Of a stretch of 64,000 nucleotides of DNA, positions 7,678 to 20,200 are shown piece by piece. The position numbers were made by a program, and so were the translations under genes. The DNA comes from a virus (Duplodnaviria > Caudoviricetes). The notes beneath the pieces are model-generated. The model worked only from the letters and a program-made list of their open reading frames with translations. It did not search any database and had not been told where the DNA came from. Location: positions 6,502 through 70,501 of the IMG/VR virus record IMGVR_UViG_3300020408_000005; one strand, given 5' to 3'. The stretch's first letter is position 1; each line of letters begins with the position of its first letter.

Positions 7678-10600
7678 AATGCAGCGATCGCAGCAGCGAA
7701 TTGTGTGTAATTTAGTGAGTTCGCAGCAGCAGTTTTAAGTTGTGCTAGTGTAATTGTTTCTGCCTGTAATGCAGAGTCTGCCTTAACACCTTGTGCAGCA
7801 GTAGCATAATCAGATGATGCAGTTGCAGCAGCACTGCCTAAAGTAGGTTTACCAGTTAGATCATTGTATGCTCCACTGGTTGCTACAGTTGCCAAGTCAC
7901 CTGGTTGTGTAGCAGAAGCAGCAAGTGTACCTTGTGCAGCAGTTGCGTAAGCACTTGCAGCAGTAGTAGCAGCAGATCCAAGTCCGAGAGTTGTTCTAGC
8001 AGCAGATGCTGATGCGTCATCAACCAGAGTTAGACCAAATGTGCTGATTGCAGAGGCATCAAGTTTTCCAGTGATACCTGCTGTTACACGAGCGTCAGCA
8101 CGTGCATCTGTATAATAAAGATTTGTTGATCCTTCTGCTACATCATCAGTATCGTGGTTAGATAGAGATGCAATAGTAGATGGGATAGTATATGAAATAA
8201 CACCAGTAGAAGCGTTATATCCTAAATCTCCACTAACTGAAATGTGTCCACGAGTTCTTGCAGCAGTGGTGAATAGGTTGGTTGATCCTTCTGTGATATT
8301 ATCTGTGTTAATGTCTGACTGAGTAACAGACAAAGTACCAGAAGAATGTGAAATACCTGTTCCATATGTGAAGTGTGTTCTTGTTCTAGCAGCAGTAGTA
8401 AATAAGTTACTTGAACCTTCAGTTACATTATCAGTATTAATATCTGACTGTGTGACAGATAATTGACCTGCTCCACTTAGTTCAATACCAGTTCCGTATG
8501 TAAAGTGTGTTCTTGTTCTAGCAGCAGTCGTGAATAGATTTGTAGATCCCTCAACGATGTTGTCAGTATCAAACTCACCAAAGTCAGCAGATAGAGTTAG
8601 TAAGTTACCTGCGTCATTGTAGGTAGCAGAAATACCAGTACCACCTGCGATTAATGCAGCAACACGATCATCAACTCTTTCGTCAGTAAAGTATAGATTT
8701 GTAGATCCTTCAGTAAGAGCATCTGTATCGTGGTTACTGATGTCACCAACCTGTGATTCTTGGAACGTAATAGTTCCAGTAATGTTCAAGTTACCTTGAA
8801 TCTCAAAGTTTGTAGAACAAACAAAGTTACTTACAGATAAAGTGTTTGAACTAGGAATATATTTAAAGTTATCTGAGTCAGTTCTTATTTCAGTGTTTCC
8901 AGTTGTAGCAGAAACAAATGTTGGGAAGAATGTAAGGTTAGAACCTGTGGTGTTTGTGACATCAACTAGAGATGCAGTATCAGCATTACCAGTCAAGTCA
9001 CCTGTTACGTTACCAGTAATCTGACCTGTAACTCCAAGTGTGCTTTGTAAAGTTACACCATCTTGAACATTAAGAGTTCCAGTAATATCAGTGTTACCTG
9101 TAGGTCCATCTACAACAAACTTGACTCCTGCTGATCCACCAACTGATAAGTCATCACCAACAAATGCTTTCTTCTTAACTGATAAACCACCATCTGTATG
9201 TACAGAAGCAGCAGCGTCATTATATCCAGAAGAATCTGTTATATTATTTGCTTGTACAAGACCTGCGAATGTAGCATTACCTGATGTTACATCTATACCA
9301 GAATTAAAGTCTGCGTTACCATCTACATTTAAAGTTGAATCTAAGTCAACTGCATTAGTTACATCAAGTGTTCCTGCAATATCAGTATTACCACTTGCAG
9401 ATGCAACGTTGAATTTATTAGTGTTAATGTTGAACGAACCACCAACGTTTAAGGTTGATTGTAAGTTTGCTACAGAAGTAGCGATAAGTGAGGATATAGT
9501 TGTAGTTCCACCAGTTACGTCTAATGTTCCACCAACAACTGTATTTCCTGTAGGTCCATCTACAGTAAAGTTACCCGCACCAACATCAAGGTCGTCTCCA
9601 ATAAATGCCTTCTTGGTAACTGCTAAACCACCTGCTGTAAATATTGCAGCACCGTTATTGTTTGCAGCAGTTGCCTGTGCAGTAGAATTTGCTCTTAGTT
9701 TCTCATCAAATGTTACAATACCACCAACACCAAGAGTCCCATCTAATGTGCTATTTGTATATACCTTTAAGTCTCCACCAATACCAGTGTTACCTGCAAC
9801 AGATAATCCACCTGCGGATACTCTTAACGCACCATTAGATGACCAAGTTCCACCAAGAGTTGCATTAGTAGCATTTGTAAAGGTTGATATTCCAGTTACA
9901 CCTAAAGTATTTGTAATATTGGTAGCACCCGATACATCTAAAGTATTACTTAATGTCGCTCCTAACGTCACTCCAAGCGTCCCTGAGAGGGTTGTATTGC
10001 TTGTGACACCCAAAGTACCACCAACGCTTAGATTAGAACTTCCTCCAACAATATTTACAGATGAATTTAAAGTAGATACTCCGTCTGCTCTAAATGTTCC
10101 TGCAACTAATGTATTACCTGTAGAACTAGCAACTGTAAATTTATTTGTATTGACTCTTAAGTCATTTGTTACATCAAGTGTACCAGTAATATCAACATTT
10201 CCACCGAACGATCCATCATCACCTACGACGAGATCGTCACCAACGTGTAGATCTATTCCTATACCTGCACCACCACCAACGATGAGGGCACCTGTAGAAG
10301 AATTAGTTGCGTTTGTAGTATCAAATAATTTTATAGAACCTGCGTCTAAACCAGATCTAGTACCAGTAAATACCTCAGAATTATTAGTTGCATTATGATA
10401 GAAAGCATATCTAAGTGCTGAATCATCCCATCCAAAGAATCCTACTTTAGCATTTGAATCATAATATCTAAACTCCACACCACGATCTTTTGCATCGTCA
10501 GATGAAGGAGCAGTATCACCACCTAATGTAATGATAGGATCGTCCACAGTAATAGTAGTACTGTTTACTGTAGTTGTGCTACCGTGAACTGTTAAGTTAC

Positions 10601-13600
10601 CATCAACTATGGCATTACCACCAACATTAAGATCTTGTCCTGAACTCAGGGTAACTGGGGATGTGAATTGAGTAGTAGCATTTACTGTTAATGCGTCACC
10701 AGATGCGTCACCAATGGTATTCTGTGCACCATTTAAAGTAACATCTCTGTTTAAAGTAACATCTCCGTGGACGGTAAGTGTTCCTGCTGTTGATGAACCT
10801 GCTCCAACTCTACCTATTGTTGTATTACCAGATTCTCCAAGAACTGTAAATTCTGTAGTATCTCCAGAATTAAGTTTACCGATATAAAGATCGTCACCAA
10901 TATAGAGATCAGTAGCGATACCTGCACCACCATATACTCTTAAGTTTGAATTATTATCTGTAGCGTATGAAGGTGTATAAGCAACTGTTGATCCTGCACG
11001 TAATTTATATCTTACACGTAAGTAGTTCTGTGTACTAAATGTCTCAGTTGTTCCTAAGTCTTTTTGGTTAATAGCACCGTTAATGTATAAATCTGAGTTA
11101 AACAGAGTGTCACCTTCAATGTAACCACCACCATCGAAACGGAAAGACCCGTAATCTCCACTAGATATGATGAAATCGTCTTGAGCATTTGTTCCTATAG
11201 TTGGTACATCAACATCCTCAGAATGGAAGAAGTTACCTAAATTTAAAGTTCCTTCTATATCTGTGTTACCATTCGTAGTGCTGATTTGGAATTTTTGTGT
11301 ACTACCGTTAGTAAGCGTAAAGGTCTTACCAGTAGTATCCATTAAGAAATCATTATGTAGAGTTACATCGTCATCAACATCAAGTGTTGCATTAAGAGTA
11401 ACATCACCATCTACATTTAGAGTTTGGTCAAAGTCTACTCCTTGTTTCGTGTTGAGTGTTCCTTCGATAACTGTATTACCGTTATCAGAGTCAACCGTAA
11501 ACTTGTCAACATTACTAGCAGTACGAATCTTGAACGCTTTTGCATCGGCAGTAACAATTAAATTATCTGTAATTTCAGTTTCTAACTGAACATCTAATGT
11601 ACCTTCAATAACTGTATTACCATTATCTGTATCAACTGTAAACTTATCTACACCCGCAGCAGTTTGTATATTAAATGATTTATTATCTGCCTTGATAATT
11701 ACATTGTTATTAACTTCTGACTGTCCTGCAATAGTAACAGTGCCACCAATGTGTGCGTTCTCAGAAAGTCCAAGTCCACCAGTTACAACTAATGTACCAG
11801 TTGTAGTTGATGTAGAACCTGTATTTGTTGTAAGTGCTAAGTTACCTGCAATTAGAGGAGCATCAGTACCAGAAAAAACTTCAGATGTATTAGTTGCATT
11901 ATATAAGAATCTATATCCACCTGTACCTGACCAAATATTTGAGTTAGCATAATCTTCATCCCAACCAAAGAATCCAACACGTGCCTGAGTATCGTAGTAT
12001 TTAATCTCAACACCACGATCTTTATTATCATCAGTAGTGGGGGTAGTGTCTCCACCAAGAGTAATGATGGGGTCATCTACCGATATTGTTGTACTATTTA
12101 CTGTGGTTGTAGTTCCGTCTACTTGTAGATTACCACGTACTTGTACTAAACCTGTTGCAGCATCATCGTCACCTGGATCTAATACCATAGTGGCATCACT
12201 GGTTCCGATAGTATTCTGCTGTAAGTAGAAATCTTCTACTTGAACTTTTGAAGCAACATTAGTTGCTGTGATAACAATACCATCATCTGATGTTACGTTT
12301 ATCTTTGCTGTTCCTGATCCTGCATTATTTGAGGTAATGTCAAGAGTTCTATTTACAGAAGAGTTTACGTTATGATGAATTAGAAGAGAACCTGATGAAC
12401 GTTCTATTGTTTGTAGAGGTGTGTTTCCAGGTCTGTCAAGTTTTATAAGTGCACCACTAATATGAGTATCAACGTTAATATCTACTCCACCTGCACCAGT
12501 ATTATCTACATTGTTGGCAGTAAATAATAAATTTCCACTGGTATCATTTACAGTAACATAATTAAGATAATTAAATCCTCTATATCCAGTTGTCGCTGTT
12601 AATTCTTGATCTAACTCAAAAGTTTCTAATGTATTACCATCAGCAAATCCCACTCTAGTGTTTTGCATCTGAGTGTTATCAACTGCAAGTGGTGCAATAG
12701 TAACGTGACCATTTGCATCTACATCAAAATCTTCTTGAGCAAATGATGCTAAACCTTTTTGTTCTGTAGCAGCAGCAGCGAGGTATCTCCAATTACTTAC
12801 ATCACCACTTGTATGAGTAGGTGCTCCTTGTCCTGCACCAATATTTGTTATCGCCTGATATACTTTGCTTGCATTCTCAATAATATCGTATCTATTATAT
12901 GTTGAACCTGCATTATAGGTTGCATACTTTGAACCTTCAGTTGCAGTGGCAATCGGTACATTGGTTGCTTGTGTAATTCTTCCATATCTATCAACGGAAA
13001 ACTTAGATGCGTTTACAGTTTCTGTTCCGAATGGTTCACCATTAGCACCGTTAGTAGATACAGATGTTAATGATTCAACGTTATATGAACCCACAACAAC
13101 CGCAGTATCAGCAAGGTCAATAAATGGGTTGGATGCTACACCATCAGGTGTAGTAAATATAACTCTACCTGCACCACCAGTTAGGTTTCTAGTTGTAATT
13201 TGTCCTGTAGCAGTTCTAGTTAACAAACCAAAAGTGGTTATGTTTGCTAATGCTGTTAAGTCACTATCTAATCCTTGTGCGTCAGTAATACCATACTCTG
13301 CAAGAGTAGATGCTAAACTAGCACCAATAACTCTACCTCTTGAGTCAACTTCAACTCTAGAATACAGAGCAGTTGCATCAGGATCATTAGGATTATAATG
13401 TGGAAGAGAAGAAACTAATTCTAAGTTTGTTGCAAGGTTTAAGTTTGATGAACCGTCAAAAGATCCAGAACCAGTTATAGAACCAGTTAACTGAATTTGT
13501 CTTGCAGATGCGAGTCTCGTAGATGTAGAAGCATTTCCAATCAAGGTTGCACTAATAGCACCCGCCTCAAAGTTACCGTCAGCATCTCGTTTAACAAGAG

Positions 13601-13787
13601 TGTTAGCAGCATTTGATTCAGTTTCTATCGGTCTCTCATATCGCAGAGAGTTCCAAGGTGTAACACCATCTCCGATCTTGATACGTGAAGTATCGATCTC
13701 GATTCCCAGTTCACCTTGAGCAAGTATAGGGTTGATGTTTGCCCATTGTTGAGCACCATCACGTCTTAATTGGAGTCTATTTGCCAT
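7674..13787 (-). CDS. Long tail fibre-like protein with Mtd_N-like N-terminal anchor
   Basis: 2037 aa; N-terminus RLQLRRD...W...NPILAQGELGIEIDT.RIKIGDG.TPWNSL.Y; fibre repeats KFTVDxxNGNTxIxGTLxV and GALxVxGG; C-terminal TDxxxEGSTNL repeats. Confidence 0.85.
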   Translation of the reverse strand: MANRLQLRRDGAQQWANINPILAQGELGIEIDTSRIKIGDGVTPWNSLRYERPIETESNAANTLVKRDADGNFEAGAISATLIGNASTSTRLASARQIQLTGSITGSGSFDGSSNLNLATNLELVSSLPHYNPNDPDATALYSRVEVDSRGRVIGASLASTLAEYGITDAQGLDSDLTALANITTFGLLTRTATGQITTRNLTGGAGRVIFTTPDGVASNPFIDLADTAVVVGSYNVESLTSVSTNGANGEPFGTETVNASKFSVDRYGRITQATNVPIATATEGSKYATYNAGSTYNRYDIIENASKVYQAITNIGAGQGAPTHTSGDVSNWRYLAAAATEQKGLASFAQEDFDVDANGHVTIAPLAVDNTQMQNTRVGFADGNTLETFELDQELTATTGYRGFNYLNYVTVNDTSGNLLFTANNVDNTGAGGVDINVDTHISGALIKLDRPGNTPLQTIERSSGSLLIHHNVNSSVNRTLDITSNNAGSGTAKINVTSDDGIVITATNVASKVQVEDFYLQQNTIGTSDATMVLDPGDDDAATGLVQVRGNLQVDGTTTTVNSTTISVDDPIITLGGDTTPTTDDNKDRGVEIKYYDTQARVGFFGWDEDYANSNIWSGTGGYRFLYNATNTSEVFSGTDAPLIAGNLALTTNTGSTSTTTGTLVVTGGLGLSENAHIGGTVTIAGQSEVNNNVIIKADNKSFNIQTAAGVDKFTVDTDNGNTVIEGTLDVQLETEITDNLIVTADAKAFKIRTASNVDKFTVDSDNGNTVIEGTLNTKQGVDFDQTLNVDGDVTLNATLDVDDDVTLHNDFLMDTTGKTFTLTNGSTQKFQISTTNGNTDIEGTLNLGNFFHSEDVDVPTIGTNAQDDFIISSGDYGSFRFDGGGYIEGDTLFNSDLYINGAINQKDLGTTETFSTQNYLRVRYKLRAGSTVAYTPSYATDNNSNLRVYGGAGIATDLYIGDDLYIGKLNSGDTTEFTVLGESGNTTIGRVGAGSSTAGTLTVHGDVTLNRDVTLNGAQNTIGDASGDALTVNATTQFTSPVTLSSGQDLNVGGNAIVDGNLTVHGSTTTVNSTTITVDDPIITLGGDTAPSSDDAKDRGVEFRYYDSNAKVGFFGWDDSALRYAFYHNATNNSEVFTGTRSGLDAGSIKLFDTTNATNSSTGALIVGGGAGIGIDLHVGDDLVVGDDGSFGGNVDITGTLDVTNDLRVNTNKFTVASSTGNTLVAGTFRADGVSTLNSSVNIVGGSSNLSVGGTLGVTSNTTLSGTLGVTLGATLSNTLDVSGATNITNTLGVTGISTFTNATNATLGGTWSSNGALRVSAGGLSVAGNTGIGGDLKVYTNSTLDGTLGVGGIVTFDEKLRANSTAQATAANNNGAAIFTAGGLAVTKKAFIGDDLDVGAGNFTVDGPTGNTVVGGTLDVTGGTTTISSLIATSVANLQSTLNVGGSFNINTNKFNVASASGNTDIAGTLDVTNAVDLDSTLNVDGNADFNSGIDVTSGNATFAGLVQANNITDSSGYNDAAASVHTDGGLSVKKKAFVGDDLSVGGSAGVKFVVDGPTGNTDITGTLNVQDGVTLQSTLGVTGQITGNVTGDLTGNADTASLVDVTNTTGSNLTFFPTFVSATTGNTEIRTDSDNFKYIPSSNTLSVSNFVCSTNFEIQGNLNITGTITFQESQVGDISNHDTDALTEGSTNLYFTDERVDDRVAALIAGGTGISATYNDAGNLLTLSADFGEFDTDNIVEGSTNLFTTAARTRTHFTYGTGIELSGAGQLSVTQSDINTDNVTEGSSNLFTTAARTRTHFTYGTGISHSSGTLSVTQSDINTDNITEGSTNLFTTAARTRGHISVSGDLGYNASTGVISYTIPSTIASLSNHDTDDVAEGSTNLYYTDARADARVTAGITGKLDASAISTFGLTLVDDASASAARTTLGLGSAATTAASAYATAAQGTLAASATQPGDLATVATSGAYNDLTGKPTLGSAAATASSDYATAAQGVKADSALQAETITLAQLKTAAANSLNYTQFAAAIAAL
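8371..8528. repeat. Exact 26-bp direct repeat (8371-8396 and 8503-8528) within the TDxxxEGSTNL repeat array
   Basis: aagtgtgttcttgttctagcagcagt occurs twice, 132 bp apart. Confidence 0.85.
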
Positions 13788-13817
13788 TGTTTATTAAGGA
13801 CACTATCGCCTCTTTGA

Positions 13818-13825
13818 TATTTATA
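13818..13825 (-). promoter_or_regulatory. T4 late promoter TATAAATA
   Basis: Exact consensus about 30 nt upstream of the tail fibre ATG. Confidence 0.8.
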
Positions 13826-13828
13826 AGC

Positions 13829-13854
13829 AAAATAGAAAGGGACCGACGGTCCCT
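13829..13854 (-). terminator. Rho-independent terminator
   Basis: AGGGACCG-T-CGGTCCCT inverted repeat followed by TTCTATTTT on the minus strand. Confidence 0.75.
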
Positions 13855-13859
13855 AACGA

Positions 13860-14063
13860 TTATTCTGCATTTACTTCGTCTACCGTATTAGTTTTTAGGT
13901 ATTCTAGAGTCTCAATAGCACCTTGTAATTTGAGCATTTGAGTCTCATTTTCTTTTACCTTTGCTACGAGTTGTTGATTTTCATCACGTAGTTTGTTGTA
14001 CCTACCTTTAAAATCGTCGAGCAGTTGTTGCTCGTCCATTGTCTCAGGGGTGTCTACAGTCAT
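13860..14063 (-). CDS. Small coiled-coil protein (possible fibre assembly chaperone)
   Basis: 67 aa with heptad pattern, LKLQGAIETLEYL; adjacent to the fibre gene. Confidence 0.6.
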   Translation of the reverse strand: MTVDTPETMDEQQLLDDFKGRYNKLRDENQQLVAKVKENETQMLKLQGAIETLEYLKTNTVDEVNAE

Positions 14064-14281
14064 TGATTTTTCTCCAAGAATGATTTTAGTAGAGATTTGA
14101 TCTCAGTCAGTTCAGATTTTAGCACATCAACGTCAGTTTTTAAATTGGAGAACTCTCCATCTTTTAACTTACGTTTTTTTGCTGCACTACCATTAGTAGC
14201 ATTAATATTTAGCACAGCACCAGAAGAGGAATCTCGTACTAAGTTTGGATGACCCTCAACTCTCTGGTATTTTGGTTTCAT
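14060..14281 (-). CDS. Hypothetical protein
   Basis: RVEGHPNLVRD.SSGAVLN...LKSELTEIKSLL; coupled to the VrlC-like gene. Confidence 0.7.
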   Translation of the reverse strand: MKPKYQRVEGHPNLVRDSSSGAVLNINATNGSAAKKRKLKDGEFSNLKTDVDVLKSELTEIKSLLKSFLEKNQ

Positions 14282-17200
14282 TACAAATCACTAAGTGCAA
14301 TAACTCTAAGGTTTTTGATCTCTGGAACGTAGCACTGATTAGACGAAGTTAAAATAATTTTAACCTGTGCTATCGTAAATTCAGTTCCCTCAAAGGTGTA
14401 CTCAAAATCTCTATAAAGGAGACTCTCAGTTTTCTGAATTGTCTTGTCCTCAAGACCATTGCCATTAAAATATGTATAACCGATTTCACTGACTGGAATT
14501 GTAGTTCCAACAGGAACAATCTTATACATAACTTTTATCTCTGTAGATGGATGTCTCCATCCTTCAAATCTTACCCTAAGTGAATTAGCAGGGTTAAGAA
14601 GATTCATTACCTTAGTAACGTAAACTGCATCATCAAGATCACCTGTAGGACTTTCTGCATTGTTACTACCAATCGCAAGATCATTAACTCTGTTCATAGT
14701 AGTAATTAAGGAGCAACGATCTGTGTCAAGAACAGGAGATATATTTGCATTAGATGTTGTCATTATCATCTGTACGTTCAATGATTTAGAACCAGATAAT
14801 TTAGCATCTTCGTTTACCTGTGAACAAACCATCTTAGGTTCGTCAAGATAATTATCCTCATTAGGAATCATATCGTAGTAAATACCATCATTAATAAATG
14901 ATGCTTGAGTTACATTGTTACCATCCTGTATTGATGTACCAGATACTGCGTTAAGTCTAGGAACAACATCTGTCTCAGGATATACTGTCATTTGTAATTG
15001 AGGATATAGTTGATCGAACTGTATGTTCTGTGTAGCAACTACATCAAAACCACCACTTACAATACCTGCTGAAGATACAGATGAAACTTGTAGTTTATAT
15101 GTATCAAGTGTTGGACTACCAATAGCGGTATGTAATTTATTAATTTCAGTCAAAGGAATACCATCAAGATTGTAACATTCAACTATACTGTTAGGACTGT
15201 GTGCAATAGCAGTAGTTCCTGCTTGTCCACGAGAACCAGATGGTAATGTAAATATTTTACCATCACCAGATATACCAGTATATTCAATAATTTCAAAATG
15301 TTGTTTAGGAATTTCTGGATCACGAATAAGAATATAACCTTTATTAGATGTACTTACTGTAGAACCATTAATAACAGTATGGAATGCAGCACCATCCATA
15401 ACGTGTAACTGGAATGAACCTGTTACACCATCACTTGCTGTAATACCATTTGTATGATATGCAGAGTCTATTAGAGTTGGTGATACTTCAGATGTAACGC
15501 CACTTATCAATACTGAGTTAGTGCCATCGTGCATACAGTGGTTTGAATGACGTACCTTAATTTCAGTTGCTCTGTTAAAGTATGAGATAGGAGCAGATGG
15601 ATAATCATTAATATCATCACCTTGGAAATTTGTACCACTTGTTCCAATAGTTCCTGATCCAGTTGTAGCAGAAGCAATTACCTGAGTGACTGCATCACCA
15701 TCAGCGAATGTACCTGTGATAGATTTAACTGTCACAACTCCTGTTCCTGCGTTCCAGTCAGTAACCATTGCAGATGCACCAGTACCATTTGTTACTACTG
15801 TACCAGTAGCAAATGTACCAGACACACCAGTTAATGTAATAGTACCAACAGATCTTGAAGATACAAGTCTATAGATGTAACTAGCACCAGATGCAACACC
15901 TTCTCTAAATGTTCCTACAACATCATCAAGTATTAAGTATGCGTTAGATGAACCTGACACACCCTGTACAACTTCACGAACAATAGCAGATGGAGCAGGA
16001 GATACATCAGTCTGTGTAATTTCAGCACCTATTGTAAAGTTAGCAACGTGATCTGAAAGTATTATCTTAATCTCTGGTTTTGTAGTTTCAATAGGATCCA
16101 ATCTTAGTCTTGATATACCAAAGTTACCTTCTGCAAGTTCTGCGTTATTAAACCAAGCAGTTCCAGATCCACCTGTCTCAAATTGTGCTTTATATAATGT
16201 AAACTTAAGGTCTTCATATTGATCAGCAGTCCAAGTAGATGCGTTCTGTGATTTGAATAGAACACCTGCATATGGTTGTTCAGATATAGTTCTATCAGAT
16301 GTAACATCATCTTCACCCATTCTTGAGATCCAAAGTTTATATTCATTGGAGTCAGAAAGTATAACAGCACAGTAGTCTCTATTCTCAGCAACATATACAG
16401 GTGATGGGAATGTAAACTTAGTTGGTATAGTACCGTTTTCAGATAAGTTAATATCAGATGGTAATAATGTTACGTCAGAAAAAGCAAGAACTTTTGTAGT
16501 TGGATAACCATTTGCCATTTCTCTGATCTGACAAGATACAGGGATTCTTTCGTCACGAGTTCTAAAGTAAATATCAATACTTGTTAAGAATGCACCACCC
16601 TTAGATTCAACCAAGAATGATTGAGCAAGAGGGTCATACCATCCAGTATCTCTAACTGTTAATGATGTGTTATTAACTGTACGATCTTGTGTTACTGTGT
16701 CTCTTACAACATCAGCATTTCTAACAGCAAGGATAGTTGCTTGTTGTGTTTCTATGACACCAGATGCAACATAATTGTGTTGTGCAGCAGAGTCAACCTC
16801 ACCAGGAACTCTTGAGTCAGTTACAGATGTTGTTACACGAACAACTCTTGTACCTGTTGCAAATCTTGGGTTAGTATTAACAGCAGGATTAGGAATCCAC
16901 ATAATACCTTCCATATCACCATTAGTATTAGCAACCAATCTCTTAGGTTTAACAACAGCACGAGCACCAGATGTTTCACCTACAAGAATTTCACCCTCTA
17001 ATGGGTTTCCATAGTATGTACCCATAACTGTATCTGACATTGTTCTAGTATCAATGTTTAGATATGGAGTTGTAGAAGCGTAAGATGTAGGTAGTTCAGT
17101 CTGATCATAAGGTGATAAACCGTCAGTAAATCCACTATTAGGATCAACAAGTTTTAAACGACATTGTGATGTTTGTCCTACAACAGTTTCACCTACAACA

Positions 17201-20200
17201 AAAGGTGTATCATTAGTACGAATATCTTCAATAGTATTCTTAATAACTTCAAGTAGTTTTGGTGATGTATAGAAGTTTACATCAACATTATCAATGAATG
17301 AATAAAATCTTGTATTGGGTTTTAAACGTTGGATCTTAAACGCGATATTTCTAGATCTGATAAACGGAACTACAGTTCTTTCAATAACACGATCACCAAT
17401 ATTTGTACGGTCAATTCTAGGAGTAATACGAGTTCTTAAACCAGATCTAGTTTGTGAACTTGTTGTATTACTTACATTAAACGTGATCTGTCTAATACCA
17501 TTTCCACGCATATGTAAGGTAGAAGAAGACGTTGTTGTAGATGACCAGTTGGTTCTCCAAGAATTCCATTGCACAGGAGCAAATCCAGTATTGGTATCAG
17601 CACCACTTGCAACCATTGCTGCTTCATAACTACCTTCCATATTTACAACTCTATCAGGAGCACGACGTGTATCTACCCAATCATCAGATGATGGATATAA
17701 GTCAAGACGACCAATATATGCAAATACGTTAAATGGGTTTACATTCTCAACTCTTGAAGCATAAGGTTGAACAATAAATCTTTTTTCTGTATAAGGTCTT
17801 GTAATTGTACCTGTATCGTGAACAGTAACACCACTAGATTGTGTAGTGCTAAACTGTAATGATACGTTTGTAGTGTAGTGAGAAGGACGTAAAATACCTT
17901 CTTGGAAATCTAACGATGCACCAAAATCTTCGTGAGTAGTATCTGTAGAATCAAAACTTGTAAAGTTATCTACAAGGAATCCGTTTTTAAATTTATCAAA
18001 TCCATCACTATCTTTTATAGGTAATGAACTTGTTTCTAATTCAAGTAAACTTAAAGAAGTATAGTACTCTAGTTGGTCAACACGTTTTTCAATAGCACCG
18101 ATGTCACGCATAGTGAATCTACGGTTGTTCTCTCTTGAAATTCTTACATCTTCTGGAGAATATCCATATGGTCTATGAACCATAGTTGCTAGTAACATTG
18201 CATTATCAATGTTTGCAGGGATTTCATTTAGTTCTCCAGATATACCTTTAACAACTTTAAATTGTTGCTGATCTGTTAAGAATACTTTATCTACTCTACC
18301 AAGATAGAAATCGTAGTCACAACGGAAATCAGATTCTGGTTTAGGAATATCGATAATAGTAGCATTGTTTGAAACGCCTCCTGACGCGAAACTGCGGTCT
18401 TTAAAGTCTAACGATGCACAGTTAACAAAGTATGGTGCACCGACGGTGCCTGATCCAGATAATACTGGAGTTACACCTGGACGGAAATCAAGAACATCTC
18501 TAAGTTCTTTTGCAACACCGTTCTCAACGTACTGTGGAATGTCATCATAATCTACACCAACATATGATTCAGATGCAAAATAGTCACCAGTTGCTTCGTG
18601 AACAAACCTATTAAATACAACTTTTAGTTTTCTTAGTGGTTTAGTTGATGATGCAAATCTAATTAATTTTGAAATATCATAGTAATGTCCTTGTTGGTTA
18701 GGATCTAAGAAGAATGACTGTGTTATGTTCTTACTACCATTGTCAATAGAACCATCAGCATCGTTGATGATACCATTAATTACAACATTGTTAGCATTGA
18801 AACCTTGTACAGTCTCACCTAACTGGAAGAACTTATCATTCTCATAAACAAAATGACAAACATATGAAACTGAGTTGAAGTTTACAACACGTGCTTTTGC
18901 CTTAGATGTTTGTCCTTCAATAATTGTACCTTTCTGGAAGATGGTAGCATCCTGCATTGTGATGAAAGGAATTTTTGCAGAAAGTTCATCTAATGATTCA
19001 TATACTGCGTGTACTTTATAAACATCAGAAGAACCTAGAGATATTTCTTCATCTTCAATACGTGTACCATATAATGAACCATATGAAAGACCATACTTAG
19101 GAGCATCAGAAGATATATTTGTTTTCTCAATCTTCATCACTTCCATTTCGGTAGCGTTCTTTAATTTCTTCTCTGCTTGGTTTTTAGATACAGAGGTAAT
19201 TAAACGACAAGATGTAACACCTGTTAAACCAGAAACTGTTAAAGATGTTCTAGGAGTACCTGTGCTGTTAAATGATAGATTAGGTTCAATATCAATCAAA
19301 GTACCTGCTGTAGGTGCTAATTCTACTAACTGATAATGATCCTTATCATATGCAAGGAACTGTTCATCAGCAGGTAGAGATATTGTAAAGTCATTAGATC
19401 CAGTAACTGTTATATCATCAAAAGATCTTGCAACTATAACTGATTCATCTGTGATGCTCTTAATAGATTCTTTAGGCATCTCAATTAGAAGATCAGCAGT
19501 TTCTTTATCATATACTTGTGCTCTACGACGAACCATAAATGAGTAATCACCATTACTCAAACCACTTGCAGTACCACTCGCATTTAAAGCAGATGTAATA
19601 TTATTTGTTATTGTGTTTGCAGATATAGGATATATCTTATCCATTGTAAATGTGTTCACACCGTTTGGTGTTAGAACATCTCCAGGACGTAAATCAAGAG
19701 TAAAGTTTGAGTTTGTACCTGTAAAAGCAGTACCATTAATATTAAAGTTAACACCACTAATAATAGTTTCTTGATCAAGAAGTAGATCTCCTGCAAATGT
19801 AATTGCATTTGTATCTGGATCTCTACCAGTTACACCTTTAGCATCTGTAATTTGGAAACTAAATGAGTTTGTGAGAGTTCCAATTTCTACACCATCTTTT
19901 TCTATAACTTCTCCTGCACGGAATGTACCAAATACTTGATAAACTTTGAATACAGTTTGTGCTGATGTAGCATCTACCACAAATGCTTTTGCTCTAGTTG
20001 TTCTACCACGAATAACAGCACCTTGTCCCGCAGTTACTGCTTGAGACATTTGGAATGTAGTTAGTGGTTGTATATCAAAAATATATGTCTTGAATACAGT
20101 TGAAGAAGCAGTTACAGTTGTTCCACTATGATATTCATATGCAGCACAACGTGCGTATGCTATAACTTCACCCGCTGCGTTTAATGATCCACCTGGGGCT

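Noticed and set aside
9091-10398. 435-aa plus-strand ORF and other plus-strand ORFs (for example 25440-26051, 12946-13398)
   Set aside because: They lie antisense to repetitive Gly/Thr/Val-rich structural genes and have no motifs or expression signals; they are shadow ORFs.
13600-13787. Diversity-generating retroelement suggested by the Mtd_N-like domain
   Set aside because: No reverse transcriptase, no TR/VR pair with adenine-specific mismatches and no C-type lectin variable domain is visible in the window.
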